From: the human T2T-CHM13v2.0 reference genome, Homo sapiens
Assembly: GCF_009914755.1 (NCBI RefSeq)
Contig: NC_060930.1
DNA: 64,000 nucleotides
Reading direction: 5' to 3' (one strand)
Part shown: one piece after another, positions 49,401-64,000 of the stretch
How positions within the stretch are numbered: the first letter of the stretch is position 1
How the letters are laid out: every line of letters starts with the position of its first letter
The notes under the pieces: generated by a model
The model's input: the letters and a program-made list of their open reading frames with translations, nothing else
Told to the model about the DNA's origin: nothing
The model's database searches: none
Made by a program: the position numbers and the translations under genes

Positions 49401-50031
49401 GGAACTAAATTAGAAAAGAGGTCAATTCTTTATCCAGTTGAAATTTGATCCTTAGTCAAACTTTATTACTTTTTTATTATTAACTAAATATTCCCAGTAC
49501 TCAAATGGCATTATCACCAGAAACTGGCTAATAAGAAAATAAATAAATAAATAAATAAAGTCATTTCTATCAACAATGAAATACATAAGTGTTGTACTTC
49601 CTTTTTACTTTTTTACAGCTTTGATAAGATAATGAATATAAAAATAACTGCATGTATTTAATGTATATGCAGTTACTGGTAAAACTCAGATACCCATAAT
49701 ACCATCACCATAGTCAAAGTAATAAATACATTCATCACCTCTAAAGGCCAAATATTTCCTTGTGTCTCCCTGCTTTTGTTTGCTTGTTTGATTGTTTTGT
49801 TGTAAGGAACACTTAAGATCCATCACTTTAACAATTTTTAAGTGCACAATACTGTATTGTTATCTATAGGCACTATGTTGTACAGCAGATCTCTAGAGCT
49901 TATTCATCTTATATAAATGTAACCTTGTAGCCATTGAATAATAATTTCCCATTCCCCCCAACTTCGTCAGTTCCTGTCAACAATCATGCCATGTTTTTCT
50001 TCTATGAGTTTGATTATGTTACAAACTTCAT

Positions 50032-50436
50032 TGTATTAGTCTGTTTTGTACCGCTATAACAATACATGAAACTGGGTAATTTATAAAGAACAGAAATTTC
50101 TTTCTTACAGTTCTGGAAGGTGGGACATTCAAGGTCGAGGGGTCCACATCTGGTGAGGGCTGTCTTGCTGCATCTTCCCATGGCTGAAGGTGGAAGGTGG
50201 AATGGCAAAAGAGCATATGTGAGAGAGAGAGAGAGAGAGAGGCACCAAATTCATCCTTTTATCAGGAACACAATCACACAGTTACGAACCCACTCTGAAG
50301 AAAACCACATCAATCTATTCATGAGAGAAGAGCTATCATGACCTAAACATTGCTTAAAGTTCCCACTTCTCAACACTGTAGCATTGGGAATTGTTTCCAT
50401 CACATGAATTGCGAGTGACACATTCAAATTAGAGCC
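50032..50436 (-). mobile_element. MST (MSTB/C-like) MaLR solo LTR
   Basis: tgtattagtctgttttg..gggtaatttataaagaacagaaattt..tggtgagggc..gacacattcaaa. Confidence 0.85.
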
Positions 50437-51802
50437 CTAATGTAAATAGAATCATTTCACATTTATCTTTCTATGATTGTCTTATTTCATTTACATAATG
50501 TCTTTCAAATCCATCCATGTTCTTACAAATTGTAGGATTTCCTTTTATTTTAATGTTGAATGTGTACATACCATATATTCTTTATTCATTCTTCTGCCAA
50601 TGAGCATTTCAGTCATTTGAATTGTTTCTATATTTCCCCTATTGGAAAGAATGCTGCAGTGAACGTGAGGACACACATATCTCCTCAAGATCCTGATTTC
50701 AATTTTTTGACTACATACACAGAATTTGGATTGCTGGATTAGAGTGTGGATTTTCAAAACATTTTTTGAGAAATCTTCATACTGTTTTCCTTCGTGTCTG
50801 CACCATTTTACTTTCACACAAACAGTATAAAAGGGTGCCAGGTTCTCTGCAGCCTCAGCAATACTTGGTGCTAAAATATTTTTGTTTTTTGATAATAACA
50901 ATCCCGGCATGCATAAGGCTATATCTCACTGTGGTTTGAAATTTCATTTCTCTCATGATTAAAGATATTGAGCACCTTTACATAAACCTTTGGTCATTTG
51001 TATATATACAATATACATTTTGTATGTATATTGTATATATATGTATTTCTAGAAAATGATTTTTTTTTGCAATTTTTAAATAAAGTTTTTTTTTGCTTGA
51101 GTTGTAGGAGTTTCTTATATATTTTGCATACTAAGCCTTTATCAAATATATGGTTTTCAAATATTTTCTTCCACTTGAAAGAAAATGGAAAGTGAAAAGG
51201 CAACCATTGACTAACAGCATTTCACTCTGTTAATGATTTTCTTTGCTAGAGAGTTTTTTAGTTTGATGTAGACTCCTTTGTATGTTTTTCCTTTTATGGC
51301 TTGGACTTTTGGTGTCATACACATAAAAGTATTTCAAGACCTATGTCATGAAGCTTTTCTCATATGTTTTCTTCTACATGTTGTACAGTTTCAGATCTTA
51401 CATTTAAATCCAGTACATTTTGAGTTGATTTTTGTGTATGATACATAATAGAGGTCCACTTTCATTCTTTTGCATATAGATATCTAGTTTTCTCAACCAA
51501 ATTTGTTGAAGGGACATTCTTTTTCCCACTATATGTTCTCAGGCCCTTGTCAAAGATCAGTTGATCATACATGTATGGTTTGATTTCTGGGCTCTTTATT
51601 CTGTTTCATTGGTTTATGGCTGACTTTATGTAAGTACCACACTGTTTTAATTACTGTAGCTTTCTACCATATTTTGTAATTAGAAAGCATCATGCTTCCA
51701 GTGTTGTTCTTTTTTCTCAGTGTTATTTTGGTTATTCGGGTCTTCTGCTGTTCTGTGTGAATTTGGGGATTTTCTTTCTATTTCTATAAAAAATGCCATT
51801 GG

Positions 51803-52194
<392 letters not shown>

Positions 52195-54548
52195 TTATGA
52201 GGGCAGTTGCAATTCACGTCAGTTGCTGGGTGCCTTGCCAGCTTCTGAGAGCTACCTGCTCTTCATTCAGTTCTTAACTGCCCCTTGGAATTACAACTAT
52301 GCCAGGTCTCACAGTACTCTGGATGAAGAAAGACAGGAGCAGCTCTCTCAGGCAGCCTTATTGGACACATCTCATCTCTTTCCTTCCCCTACAGGAAAAG
52401 TCTCAAATTGTGAGGATATCTTCTGGCTTTGTAATGTGCTCACTTGGGTGGGGGAGGTGCAGGCAAAGTGACAGTACTCTTCTTAGTGACACTAAACATG
52501 TTTGTTTCCATGTAGCTTTTATTGCCTCTGGGTTCTGCTGAGTTGAGGCAACTTCTCGCCTGAATTCTGGGGTTTCCACAAAGATATTCTGGTCCCTATG
52601 CAGTTGTTAAATCAGTGTTTCTGTGGTGGTGGGATGAGTACCAGGACCACCTATTCTACCATCTTTCTAATGTTACCCTCCTTTTCACTTTTTATAAGTG
52701 AATGCTTTCCTAATCTGTTTGCACCATTCCCAAATTCTTATATTTCTTATATCTTATTGTTTACTTACTATTTATTTAAATTATGTTTATATAAAGACAT
52801 TCTTAAGCATATCATATATGCAAGGATATCTGTAAATAGACAAAACTTTGTCTTATCTTTTTAATCACATTGGCACACATAGGCTTTCAGGCTTTTCAAC
52901 AGACTTTGTTGTAGACTCTATTTACGTAGTGTATGTTTTTCATAAATATTTTACTACTAATAGCAACCTTTGTAATCTTAGCATCTGTTCAATTAAAAAA
53001 ATCATATGTGTTGCAATTTTCTGTACCTGTTCATCAAAACTGCAGAATGTAAAAGGAATTTGCGTAATTAGAAACAAATTAGCTTTTATATTAAACTACT
53101 GGAATGTGAAATTTCGACAGATAATAAAAAGAACATCTTGCTATATAAACATTTTCAGAAAACAAAGTATTTACTTCTCTAATTCAAGTGAAGATATTTA
53201 AATGAAGAATAAGAAACTCACAACGCTTCTTACTGAATTTTTCATTTATAGTCTGCAGATTTAAATTTAAAATTCCCAGGAAATAGAACAAAAATTCCCA
53301 GTACATAGGATCAATGAATTGTGTTTTGAATTGCAAGTTAAGGAAATACTGTTGCAAGTCACTGGAAATGCATAAGAGCAGAGGAACTGCACGCAGTATC
53401 ATAGAAGATATATCCCAGTAAGTATAATATCAAGAATTAAACTCTTGAGATATTATATATTGTCAGGTAAGAAATAAGTGTTCTCAAATTTGGTTATCCC
53501 AAAAAAATTTTATAGAAAATTTACTTACATGAATATTTTAAGAAACTTCAGAAGTCAAATAAAATATCTGGTGTAAGAATGATAGTTAAAATAGTCATGA
53601 AAATGACTCCCTTGAGTTCAATACTTAATAATTTGACTCACCAAATAAATTAATTTCTGAAGGATTTTATAATAGACAACAACAGTAACAAAATCTTAAC
53701 TTCAACGTTGTATTAACATTTCAGATTCATTTGAAAAATAAGGCTTCTTTAAACCAGATCATGAAATCAGTCAACTTCTAGAAGATAGGATTCCTCCACA
53801 AAATTTTAGTTTGTTTGTCTATACATTTAATTATTTATTGTCAACTATATTACTATATTCTATGTGCCACAGAAGGAGATGGAAATACTGAGCGAAGTTC
53901 TTACCTAAACTTTGTATCCTCATATTTAAAGGAACATACACTCCAAAGTAACAAAACAAGTATCACAGTATGCATTTGAACACAGCTACAGGTATAGATG
54001 TAATTCTAAGATAACTTTCCAGAACAGATATTATTTGTCTGTAGTTTCAAGAGTTGGCCACATGTAGAGGTCAAAGGAGGCAAATATAGAATATACAATG
54101 CCACCAGAACAGCAAAATTAGTTAATAATACAGTATCTTTGGTTAATTACAAATACTTGTCTGAAACATTAGAACTGCAAAGTCATAGGGGCTGAGATGT
54201 GAAGACATTCTCCTTTAACCTGTATTAAGCTAAGTATCAAATTGTGGCTTATTCAAAATGAAAAAAAATGTAAAAATCTAGAGGATATTTGTGTACATTT
54301 TTAATATTGAAATAATTATAGACACACTGGAATTTGCAAAAAGGGTGCAGAGAATCCTTTACTGATTCTCTATATTCCCACCAATAGTGACAGCTCACTT
54401 ATCTATATGACAGAAAGAAAACCAAGAAATTGACATTGGTAAAAAACTGTTATTAAACTGAAGATCTTATTCAGATTTCACCAATTTTTACCTATACTCA
54501 TTTGTGTCAATGTGTGAGTGATTCTTTAAAATTTTGTCATATATGTGT

Positions 54549-54557
<9 letters not shown>

Positions 54558-54610
<53 letters not shown>
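54558..54610. repeat. (TA)n microsatellite, about 26 units
   Basis: Uninterrupted TA run. Confidence 0.95.
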
Positions 54611-54615
<5 letters not shown>

Positions 54616-56149
54616 TCAGCAGCTAACAAGCAAGAAAAAGAACTATTTTATCACCCCAGAGAAACTGCATTATACCACCATTTTTCAGTTGCACCTACCT
54701 CATTGTTCCTAGATTGTCACAGCTAATCTGCTTTCCATTTCAGTGTTAGGAAATCTTATGTGGAATTATGCAGAATGTAGCCCTTTTTAAATTTATTTAT
54801 TTTTTGTATGCAGCCTTTTGAGATTGGCATTTTCGCTCAGCATAATGCCCTTGGTATTGATAATTGCTCCAGGTGTTAATACATTATTTCTTTTATTTTT
54901 GAGTAATATTTCATGATATGGATGCACACAGTTTGTTTAATCATTTACTGATTGAGGGACAACAGGCTTGTTTACAGTTTTTACAAATAAAGCTTGCTGT
55001 AGTTATAATTAAACCTTCCATGAATATCTGTATATAGTTTTTTTGTTTTTGTGTAAACATGTTTCATTTTGATAAGATAAAATGTCTGGGAATGTGATTG
55101 TTAAGTCATATAGTATGTGTATTTTAGTTTTATAAAATAATATCAAAACTATTTTCTGGAGTGTTGTACCATTGTAGATTATCAGCAGCAATGTATAAAA
55201 ATGCAGGGTCTCTTTATGCTGGACAGCATTTGGAATTATAGTTACTTTTTAAATTTAAGTATTCATATATAGTGATAATCATTGTTATTTTAATTTTCAT
55301 TTCCCTATTGCTTAATGATGTTGATCATACCTTCATATGCTTACTTGCCATCAGTACATCCTCTTTAATGAAATGTCTGCTTATGCTTTCTGTCCATTTT
55401 CTAATTAAATTTATTATATTTTTACTATTAAGTTTTAAGAGTTCTCTATAGATTTGAGATAGTTACTTTCAGTATGTGGTTTGCAACCGATTTCTCCTGG
55501 TTTGCAATTGTTTATATATCCTCTCAAGAGGGTCTTTAATGAAGCATTTATTTTCAATTTTGATGAAGTACAGTTTTTAAATATTTTCTTTTACAGATTA
55601 TTTTGATGGTAGGTACTATGTCTGAGATTTGTTGAAAAGTTACCCATGTTTCATTTAGTCGTTTTTGAAAATTTGCCAAAATTTGCATACTCATACCTGT
55701 CTATTTCCACCTTTTCTACTCTTTCTTCGATCTTTTTGCAATACCACACTGTCCTGATTGTTGTAGAAACATAGTTAAGTCTTAAAATTAGGCAGTGTTT
55801 CCTCTCACTATGTTCTTTTAAACAATTTTTCTAGATATTCTAGTACTTTTTCTATATAAATTTTAGAATGTTTGTTGATATATCTGAAATCACTTGTTGG
55901 TATTTAATAGTAACTGCATAAAAACTAACAATCAGTTTAGGGAGAATTGACATCTTAACTATGTCAAATTTCCCAAAATATAAATATAGTATTTTTCCTC
56001 ATTTATTAAGTTGATGAGCATTTTCGTAATTTTTCTGCATACCAGTCCTGTACCTGGTTTGCTAGATTTGTGTCTAAGCATCTCATTTTCACTGGAACAA
56101 TTTCAAATGGCATTGTTTTTAAATTTTGGTTTCTACATATCATTGCTAG

Positions 56150-56503
56150 TGACGCAGGATTTTTTCACCTTAGTTCAGCTAAAATCTGGGTTCTTGTCCC
56201 ACCACCAGGAAATTATAGGCACACGGATACATTGAAAAATGAGGAGAGCAAAATTTATTGAAAGAAAGCTCTTAGCAAAAAGAGGGGGCCCTGCCAACAG
56301 GCTGCCACCTCACAGATTGAATACCAGGCCACTACACAGGAGCTGAAGAGGCCAGGCTCCTCTCCCCTGCATAATGCACGAATTCCCAGTGGCTGCACCC
56401 CATTCTCCCAGTGTGCAAGCGGGGCACCAGTCCTGTGTGGGTATGCCCAGACAAGGCCCTGGGCAGGTTCCCTTACCTTCCTCCTGCATCTATCTATCTA
56501 TCA
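56150..56503 (-). mobile_element. Short ERV1 solo LTR (LTR1/LTR27/MER52-clade-like)
   Basis: TG..CA termini; perfect 4-bp TSD ctag (56146-56149, 56504-56507); GC-rich; polyA signal on minus strand at ~56254. Confidence 0.8.
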
Positions 56504-57339
56504 CTAGTATATTAAAAGATATTTGATTTTTGTGTATGTATTTTGTATCCCGTGACTTTGTTAAGTTACTTATTAGTCCTAGATTGTAAGTCTTTGTTAT
56601 TCTCTATGTCTCTATGTTTTTTATATTACTTGATATGATCGTGTATTTTTTCTTCATTAGTCTATTGATGTGGTTGATTATATTGATTGACTTTGGAATA
56701 TATCAGCAGTCTTGTATTTGTGGAATAAACCATACTTGGCCATGGTGTATAATTGTGATGTAAAATACATTTATTTACTTTTGTATGTTCCAAAGTAATA
56801 CTTTAGAGAAAATGACTATTAACAGAAAATCTTATTTAATATTATTTTTGCATAGGAATATTTCATGTAATTGGTTTTAGTCAATGAGATCTTGCTTGCA
56901 ATACTATTCATATAAATGAAGTTTCATATGCTTTTTCAAAAGTTGCTAGATATCCTATGTTTAAAATGTATTTTAAAATTTGAATTTATCTATATTTAAA
57001 AATATTTTATCTGTGTAGCCAATGAATATAGCTTTTTGTGTTAAAATTAAATAACAATTTAAATAAAAATTCCCATATTTAAACTCTACTTTACTTAAAG
57101 GATTAATAAAATATTTTCATTGCCTGAGCTTCAGAGTTTTTGCTTATACTTATTAATTAATCGTGATAATACTTTTAGGTAATATTTAAATAATATTTTT
57201 GTAATGCATGTAGGTTGAGTGCTAGATGTCTAACATGTTAGCTCATAGAATTTCCGTGTGGGTCCATGACTAAAGAATTAAAAATATTCATATTATTTTG
57301 TTTCTAATAGCTTTATTGCGAATAAAAACAGTTTAACTT

Positions 57340-57450
57340 GCAAGCATCAAAAAGGGTAGATATTATTAGGCTCAGTTTATAGATGAGGAAAGTAATGTAC
57401 ACAAAAGTTAATTAATAGTCCATATTTGTACCAGTAGTATTTGCTGAAGT
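57340..57450 (-). mobile_element. MIR core fragment
   Basis: ggtagatattattaggctcagtttatagatgaggaaagtaatg. Confidence 0.6.
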
Positions 57451-57597
57451 TTATAATTGAACTAATTTTTTCTTGTCAAATTCATTTTTCTTTTACTATC
57501 TATACTAATTAAAATTACACTTCAGTTAATCACATGATTGCACCAAAATTAGAACATTTGCCTACTAACTCAGAATAATGTACTCATTTGGGGCTGT

Positions 57598-58118
57598 TGT
57601 ATAAGTTATTTGTTGCCACAATATTGCTGTGTAACAAAGCACTCCAAAATTATTGAGTAATTTAAAACGATAATTCGCTGATCAAAAGTAGGCTGTGGGG
57701 AGAGGTTTTTGTTGTTTCAGGTGGTCTCACTTAAGTGGCTGCTAATCAGCTGGGTGGATTTGCATCTGGGGGTTATATGGTTCTTGGCTGGGGTTCCTTG
57801 GCTCTCTTCCAAGTGACATTTATCATCCAGCACGATAGCAATGGCTTGTTCTCATGGTAAGACAAAAGAGGTTCAGAAGAGATTCTAGACGCTTGTCAAG
57901 TCCCTTGAGGCCTCGGTTCAGAAATATCACACTGACAATAAAATTAAAATTACTGTTAAAATAAGCCATCTGGCTCCTTCAGATTCAAGGAGTATCAAAC
58001 TAGACTCTACCATTTAATAGAGATGAGGCGAAATCTGCAAAATTATATTGTAAAAGGCATGTAAAAGGGTTGTTAGAAAAATTGGGGCAGTCAATCACAG
58101 CTGACTCAACTCTACCAC
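57598..58118 (-). mobile_element. MLT1H-like MaLR LTR
   Basis: gctgtgtaacaaagcactccaaaat..cttgttctcatgg..cttgaggcct..cagattcaagg..tagactctacc. Confidence 0.7.
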
Positions 58119-58380
58119 GTCTCAAGCTATTTATTTCCAAGTTTTATGTTATCACTTCAAAAGTATATAGTGACACTCACTCTTATTAAACAACTGGCAA
58201 ATTTTTACCAAAAGCAAAAAACTGCAAAAGCAGAAAGGGTTGTATGATTTTGTTTTATAAATTAGTGAATTTTAATGACTACATTTTGTTGGGAAAATTG
58301 AAACATATTTTTGGTACATCATCATCATCTTTTTCCCTATGGAAATCGTTTGTTATTTTCCATAAGAAAATCACCTTATC

Positions 58381-58678
58381 GGCCGGGCATGGTGGTTCAC
58401 TCCTGTAATCCCAGCACTTTGGGAGGCCGAGGTGGGTGGATCATGAGGAGAAGAGATGGAGACCATCCTGGCCAACATGGTGCAATACAAAATTAGCTAG
58501 GCATGGTGGCACGCACCTGTAGTCCCAGCTACTAAGGAGGCTGAGGCAGGAGAATCACTTGAACTCATTAGGTGGAAGTTGCAGTGAGCCTAGATCACGC
58601 CACTGCACTCCAGCCTGGCAACAGAGAGAGACTCCGTCTCAGAAAAAAATAAAAATAAAAATAAATAAATAAATAAAT
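58381..58678 (+). mobile_element. AluSc-like with a short internal deletion and (AAAT)n tail
   Basis: TSD aaatcac(c/t)ttatc; ccaacatggtg joined directly to caatacaaaattagc. Confidence 0.92.
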
Positions 58679-59389
58679 AAATCACTTTATCAAACATTAT
58701 GAAGCATATATTAATTCTGTTCATCTTTAAGCTATATAGAAGATAAATAACACAAAAAGAGCCTGGGCATGTTAGACCCTTCAGATCTATGTTTGAACTC
58801 CAGCATTTTTACCAGTTTTGATACTAGGCAAGGCATTTATCTATTTGAGATCTACATTGGAGCAAACTAACAATTCTTGGATTTTTTGTTTATAATTTTC
58901 AACGGTTGAAAACTTAAATATAAATACCTAGGATTTTGTTTTTCCATCTGTACTGCAGTACTAAAAATGGTTTTACAGCTGTTTCTTGACATTTTTGCTG
59001 AGAAATTTTCTAATTTGCTTAACTTCAAATGTTGAGAATTACCTGAGTCATTCTCATCTCCAATTGTATCAGCAATCTCCATATTTACTGATTAACTATA
59101 AATTGCCCAGTATGTGCTGGGTACTTAAGAATTTATATAATGAACTGACTCAGATTTTTCAAACAAGCAATATTGTACGCATTAGTAATTATATATTTCT
59201 GTGAAAAAAAGTGATTTAACATATTTAAAGATAAAGTTTTCTATTTTTTGATATAAAAGAATTCAAAAACAGGGAGTCCATAGCTGATATACCATGAATG
59301 TCCCAATTTCTTTTTCTAACACCTATCATTTTTACTGCATTGTTTCTGTTGTCAAGCTCATCTCTTGGTTACCTGTTTTCTTTTGCGGC

Positions 59390-59630
59390 TTCAGTCATCA
59401 TCTCTGTGCTTCAAACAGGAATAGAGAAAAGAGAGATTTCAAAAGGGCCATGAAAAAGTTATCTTTCTTCAAAGAGCTTCCTTGGAAAGCCAATTCAGTG
59501 ACTATTCCTTATATCCCATTGTTCTTAGTAATCTTCAAATAAAGCTGGGAAATGAGGCACATAGCTGGCAATAACTCTGATCAGAGTTCTAATTCCAAGG
59601 TAAAATGGATATTGGATAGGTACTTTGTGC
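59390..59630 (-). mobile_element. MLT1J-like remnant
   Basis: ccttatatcccattg..gctgggaaatg..aatggatattggatagg. Confidence 0.45.
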
Positions 59631-61074
59631 CCCAAATGCCAATAAACCAGTTGTGTTTAGGAAGATCCCAGTGTCTGATGATTTATAACTCTGTCTGCAT
59701 TGATACCACATAAAAAATTCTAGTCAAAACTATGTTTGGATGTAGAAATTACATGCAGCACAACTTCAAGATTAAAGGGAAAGGGAACATTAAAGTAAAC
59801 TAGAATGTACATTGTAAATGATTCTTATAAAGTTGGGTAGTACACAAACTACAAAATCATATGTAGCATTTCCAGATTTATCCTATTTGTCTAAATAAAA
59901 ATTAAAGTCAAAATTACTTGCAGTTTTCCTCTAATGAAGTTTGTTATGGGTGAAACAAAAATATATATAGCTGTTTGAGCAGAACAGATATTACAAACAG
60001 TAGAGTAAGAACAGAAAATGGAAGTTTGAAAGTTTAGCTAGTTTTATAGGCAGTATATCTAAGACATGGTTAGGGACTAGAAATCTTTGAAATTCAGGAT
60101 ATATTAAAAAGAAGAAATGCTAAAGTATTTAAAATATTTGCCCCTAGGAAATTTCTGACATGTTCTTATGTGTAAGAAGCTTAACATAATACACTCAGAG
60201 TTACTCAAATTATATACCATTTTAACTTAAATTTATCACAAATTTTAGCTGTTCAGCAGATCAACTTTTGTACTGGATTTTCAGTTAAGGTTGTAGATTT
60301 TCCATTGCTGAGATTTTTGCAGTCAAAAACACATTATAGCTGTCTTGTATTAGACAAAGGCTATCACCAGCTTAATATTCTGCTCCGCTACTTCTGATCT
60401 ACTAACCCATAGTGAGCATATGCACTGAGCAGCAAAACTAAGAACTGAATTTGCTTTTAATTACCTGTCTTTTTTATTTATTCTTCTGAAAGATATCTAG
60501 TCTGGTGGCTCCCTATAGGTCTTTTCTGTAATCATTAAGCATTTCAAAGAGCAGTGGGTTTATATTAAAAGTTCAATAGGGCGTAACTATTTCTCTTCAT
60601 CTTCTGAGGCAAAATAATTCACTCTTGTTCAAGTGTTACATGAGACACCATTTCATTGAAGAGCACAGAAAATTAATGAGTTCAAAGGCAATTGAGCTAT
60701 ATTTTCAAACAGTAAAAGCAATGAACTAGATATACATTGTTTATTTTCTGCTCCAAAGGCATTATAATAGTACTACATATTGGCCTGTAAATAAACAAAA
60801 TGACATTACAGTGACTCTCAGGTCAGCGAACATTCAGACCACCAAAATATTGGAGATGGTGGAGCCCGCCTGGACCAGAATGCAGAGGTAGAACATAGGG
60901 AGAACTAACACTGCAGATTCCCAAAGAATTATAATGAAAGTGATAAACCTAGAGTGTAAATAATTCATTTTCAATTGAAAAATAAATGGAAATATCTTCT
61001 GAACTCAGTTTTGAAGACTTTATTTTTGTGGATTACATATAGGGAGAATCCTATCCTAGAAAAAGGGATTATAA

Positions 61075-61462
<388 letters not shown>

Positions 61463-61981
61463 CTAAGAATATGCTTTCTGTACATAAAAAGTTTTTTAAA
61501 TTGTATGAAAAAATGCCAAAAAAATCTCATTTTGATCAGGTCGATCAGGTCTTTTGAGACAATGTGATTTCTGTTTCTAATACTAATTAAGCTTTATTAA
61601 GTATACTAATCCGTTCAAATTATGCTACTGATTTTCAGAATACATTTAATATTTTCTATTGAATAAAGTTAGAAACAATTTCCTAAACCTGCACCTCTTC
61701 ATTGTTGTATTAGTTTGTGTGCATATATGTATGTGTGTTTCCAAATTTTTCTAAAGTTATTTATTAACTATAATTTTCTAGAGCCACTAGGAATAATTTT
61801 GTACTTTAAAAAGGTTTCCATAGAGTTTATTTTTTGCTTAAGTTTTATATATAATAATTAAAATAATTCGGTAACTAGTGATAATTTAGAATAAAAAAGT
61901 TTGGGTTTGTTTTTCTTTAAAAATAGGTCTCTCATTTTTTATTAGTGTTTTTAGTTAATAGAATATTTATAAGACATATAA

Positions 61982-62230
<249 letters not shown>

Positions 62231-63820
62231 AAAAAACAAGTAGAAAGTGGAGTTTCCAAATACCCTCTTATTTCATCTCATTCCCCAGTTTTCTGTATTA
62301 TCAACATTTTCATTTGTGCTGTATATTTGTTACAATAGAGGCATCAATATATCTTATTATTAACTAATGTCCATTGTTCATATTAATCTCCACTCTTTGT
62401 TGTACATTCTGGTAGTTTTGGTAAATGTATAATAACATGTGTCTCTTAGATCAGTTTCACACAGAATAGTTTTACTGCCCTAACAATTCCTTGTGCCACC
62501 TGCTTCCTCCCCAAACTCTGGAAACCACTCTTTTAACTATTTCCAGATTTTTGCCTTTTCCAGAATGTCATATGCCTAGAATCATACAGTATACATTGTT
62601 TTTTAGATTGGCTTCTTTTAGTTAACAATAAGCATTTAAGATCTCTCTCTGTCTTTTAATGGCTTGATAATTAATTAATTTTATCCTTGAATATATTCTA
62701 TTGTAGGGATGTACCCGAGTTATTCATGTATTGAAGGAAACCTTGGTTGCTTCCAAGTTTTACAACTATAAATAAAGTTCTATAAAATTCATGTACAGGT
62801 TTCTGTGTGGACATAAGTTTTCAACTCCATTTGGTAAACACCAAGGAGCACAATTCCTGGATTGTATTGTAAGAGCATGTTTAGTTTGGAAAGAAACTGC
62901 CAAATAATCTTTTTAAGTTGCAGCAATTTGCATTCCCACCAGTAGTGAACTAGAGTTTCTTTTGTTCCACATCCTCACCACTGTTGGTGTTGTTGATGCT
63001 CTGGATTTCAGCCATTCTACTAGATGTGAATGGTATGTAATTGTTATTTTAACTTGCTGTTTCCTAATGACTTTGATGTTGAGCATCCTTTCATATGCTT
63101 TTTTGCCATCTGTCTCTCTTGTTTGCTGAGATGTCTGTTCAGACATTTTGCCCACTTTTTAATTAGGTTGCTTGTTTTCTTATTCTTGAGTTTTAAGAGT
63201 TCTTTGTATATTTTGGATTCAAAATCTTTTAACAGATAAGTGTTTGGCAAATATTTCTTCCTAGGCTATGTGTTGTCTTTTCAGTGTTTTAACAGTTTCT
63301 TTTGCAGAGCAGTAGATTTTTAAATTAATAAAGTCAAAATTATTATTTTCTTTCTTGCATAGTGCATTTGGTATGGTAATTGAAAAATAATCACCAAACC
63401 TAAGGTCGTCTAGTTTCCTAGGATATTTATATTTTTGCCTTTTAGAGTTAGGTCTACAATTGATTTAATTTTTGTAAATGGTGTAAGATCTGTGCCTAGA
63501 TTTATTCATTCATTCATTCATTCATACATGTGAAATTATAGTTGTTCTAGCACCATTTTTTAAAGACTATTTTTTCTCCATTAAACTGCCCTTCCATCTT
63601 TCTTTGTCAAAGATCAGTTAACTCTATTTATGTAGGCTCATTTCTGAGCTCTCTGTTCTGTGCTGTTGATGATTTGTCCATTCTTTAGCCAATACCAACC
63701 TACCTTTATTACTACAGTCATGTAGTGTCAATCCTATGACTTTGTTCTCTACATCAATATTGTGTTGGCCATTTTGTCTCTTCTGCTTTTTCATGTAAAC
63801 TCTACAATAAGTCGATACTA
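62231..63820 (-). mobile_element. L1MC1/2-like 3' portion
   Basis: cacagaatagttttactgccctaa..ttgccttttccagaatgtcatat; ORF 63044-63250 [21 protein letters not shown]. Confidence 0.8.
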
Positions 63821-64000
63821 AATTTTTGGCAAAAAACTGACTTTGAAAATTTATGATGAAATTTTAATTTTTGTATTAGGATTCTTATGTTAATGATTAA
63901 AGATGCACTTTGTGTTTTTTTCAGTCAAAGAATATATCAGCTCTGCTATGAGTATAATCATATTGCTAAGTATATATATATGTTGATCATGTATTATATA

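Larger units (their letters stand above)
54295..56760 (-). mobile_element. L1MC3/L1MD-like 3' portion, interrupted by (TA)n and an LTR
   Basis: ttgaaataattatagacacactggaatttgcaaa..aaccaagaaattgacattggta..gggagaattgacatcttaact. Confidence 0.7.

Overview
AT-rich, gene-poor primate (human-like) genomic DNA made mostly of interspersed repeats. I can support no host protein-coding gene, RNA gene or CRISPR array. The ORF track is explained by decayed LINE-1 ORF1/ORF2 fragments, Alu/LTR frames and simple repeats. The main landmarks are a near-full-length L1PA5-like element (+, ~18813-24195) with an AluY in its tail, and a full-length L1PA8-like element (-, 27681-34125) with a TSD, inserted in an L2. 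The two L1s converge. The window also holds seven Alus, more than a dozen solo LTRs or LTR remnants (ERV1, MaLR, ERVL), old L1M, L2, MIR and L3 pieces, and MER DNA transposons. Subfamily names are from recalled consensus sequences and need RepeatMasker/Dfam confirmation. I found no convincing new biological system. The most unusual signals are: (i) several fold-back/template-switch palindromes, including a 46-bp-arm hairpin at 14688-14815; (ii) the same 2-nt Asp->Phe change at the RT motif-A aspartate in both convergent L1s; (iii) structurally atypical L1 insertions (twin-primed, internally deleted, tail-less).
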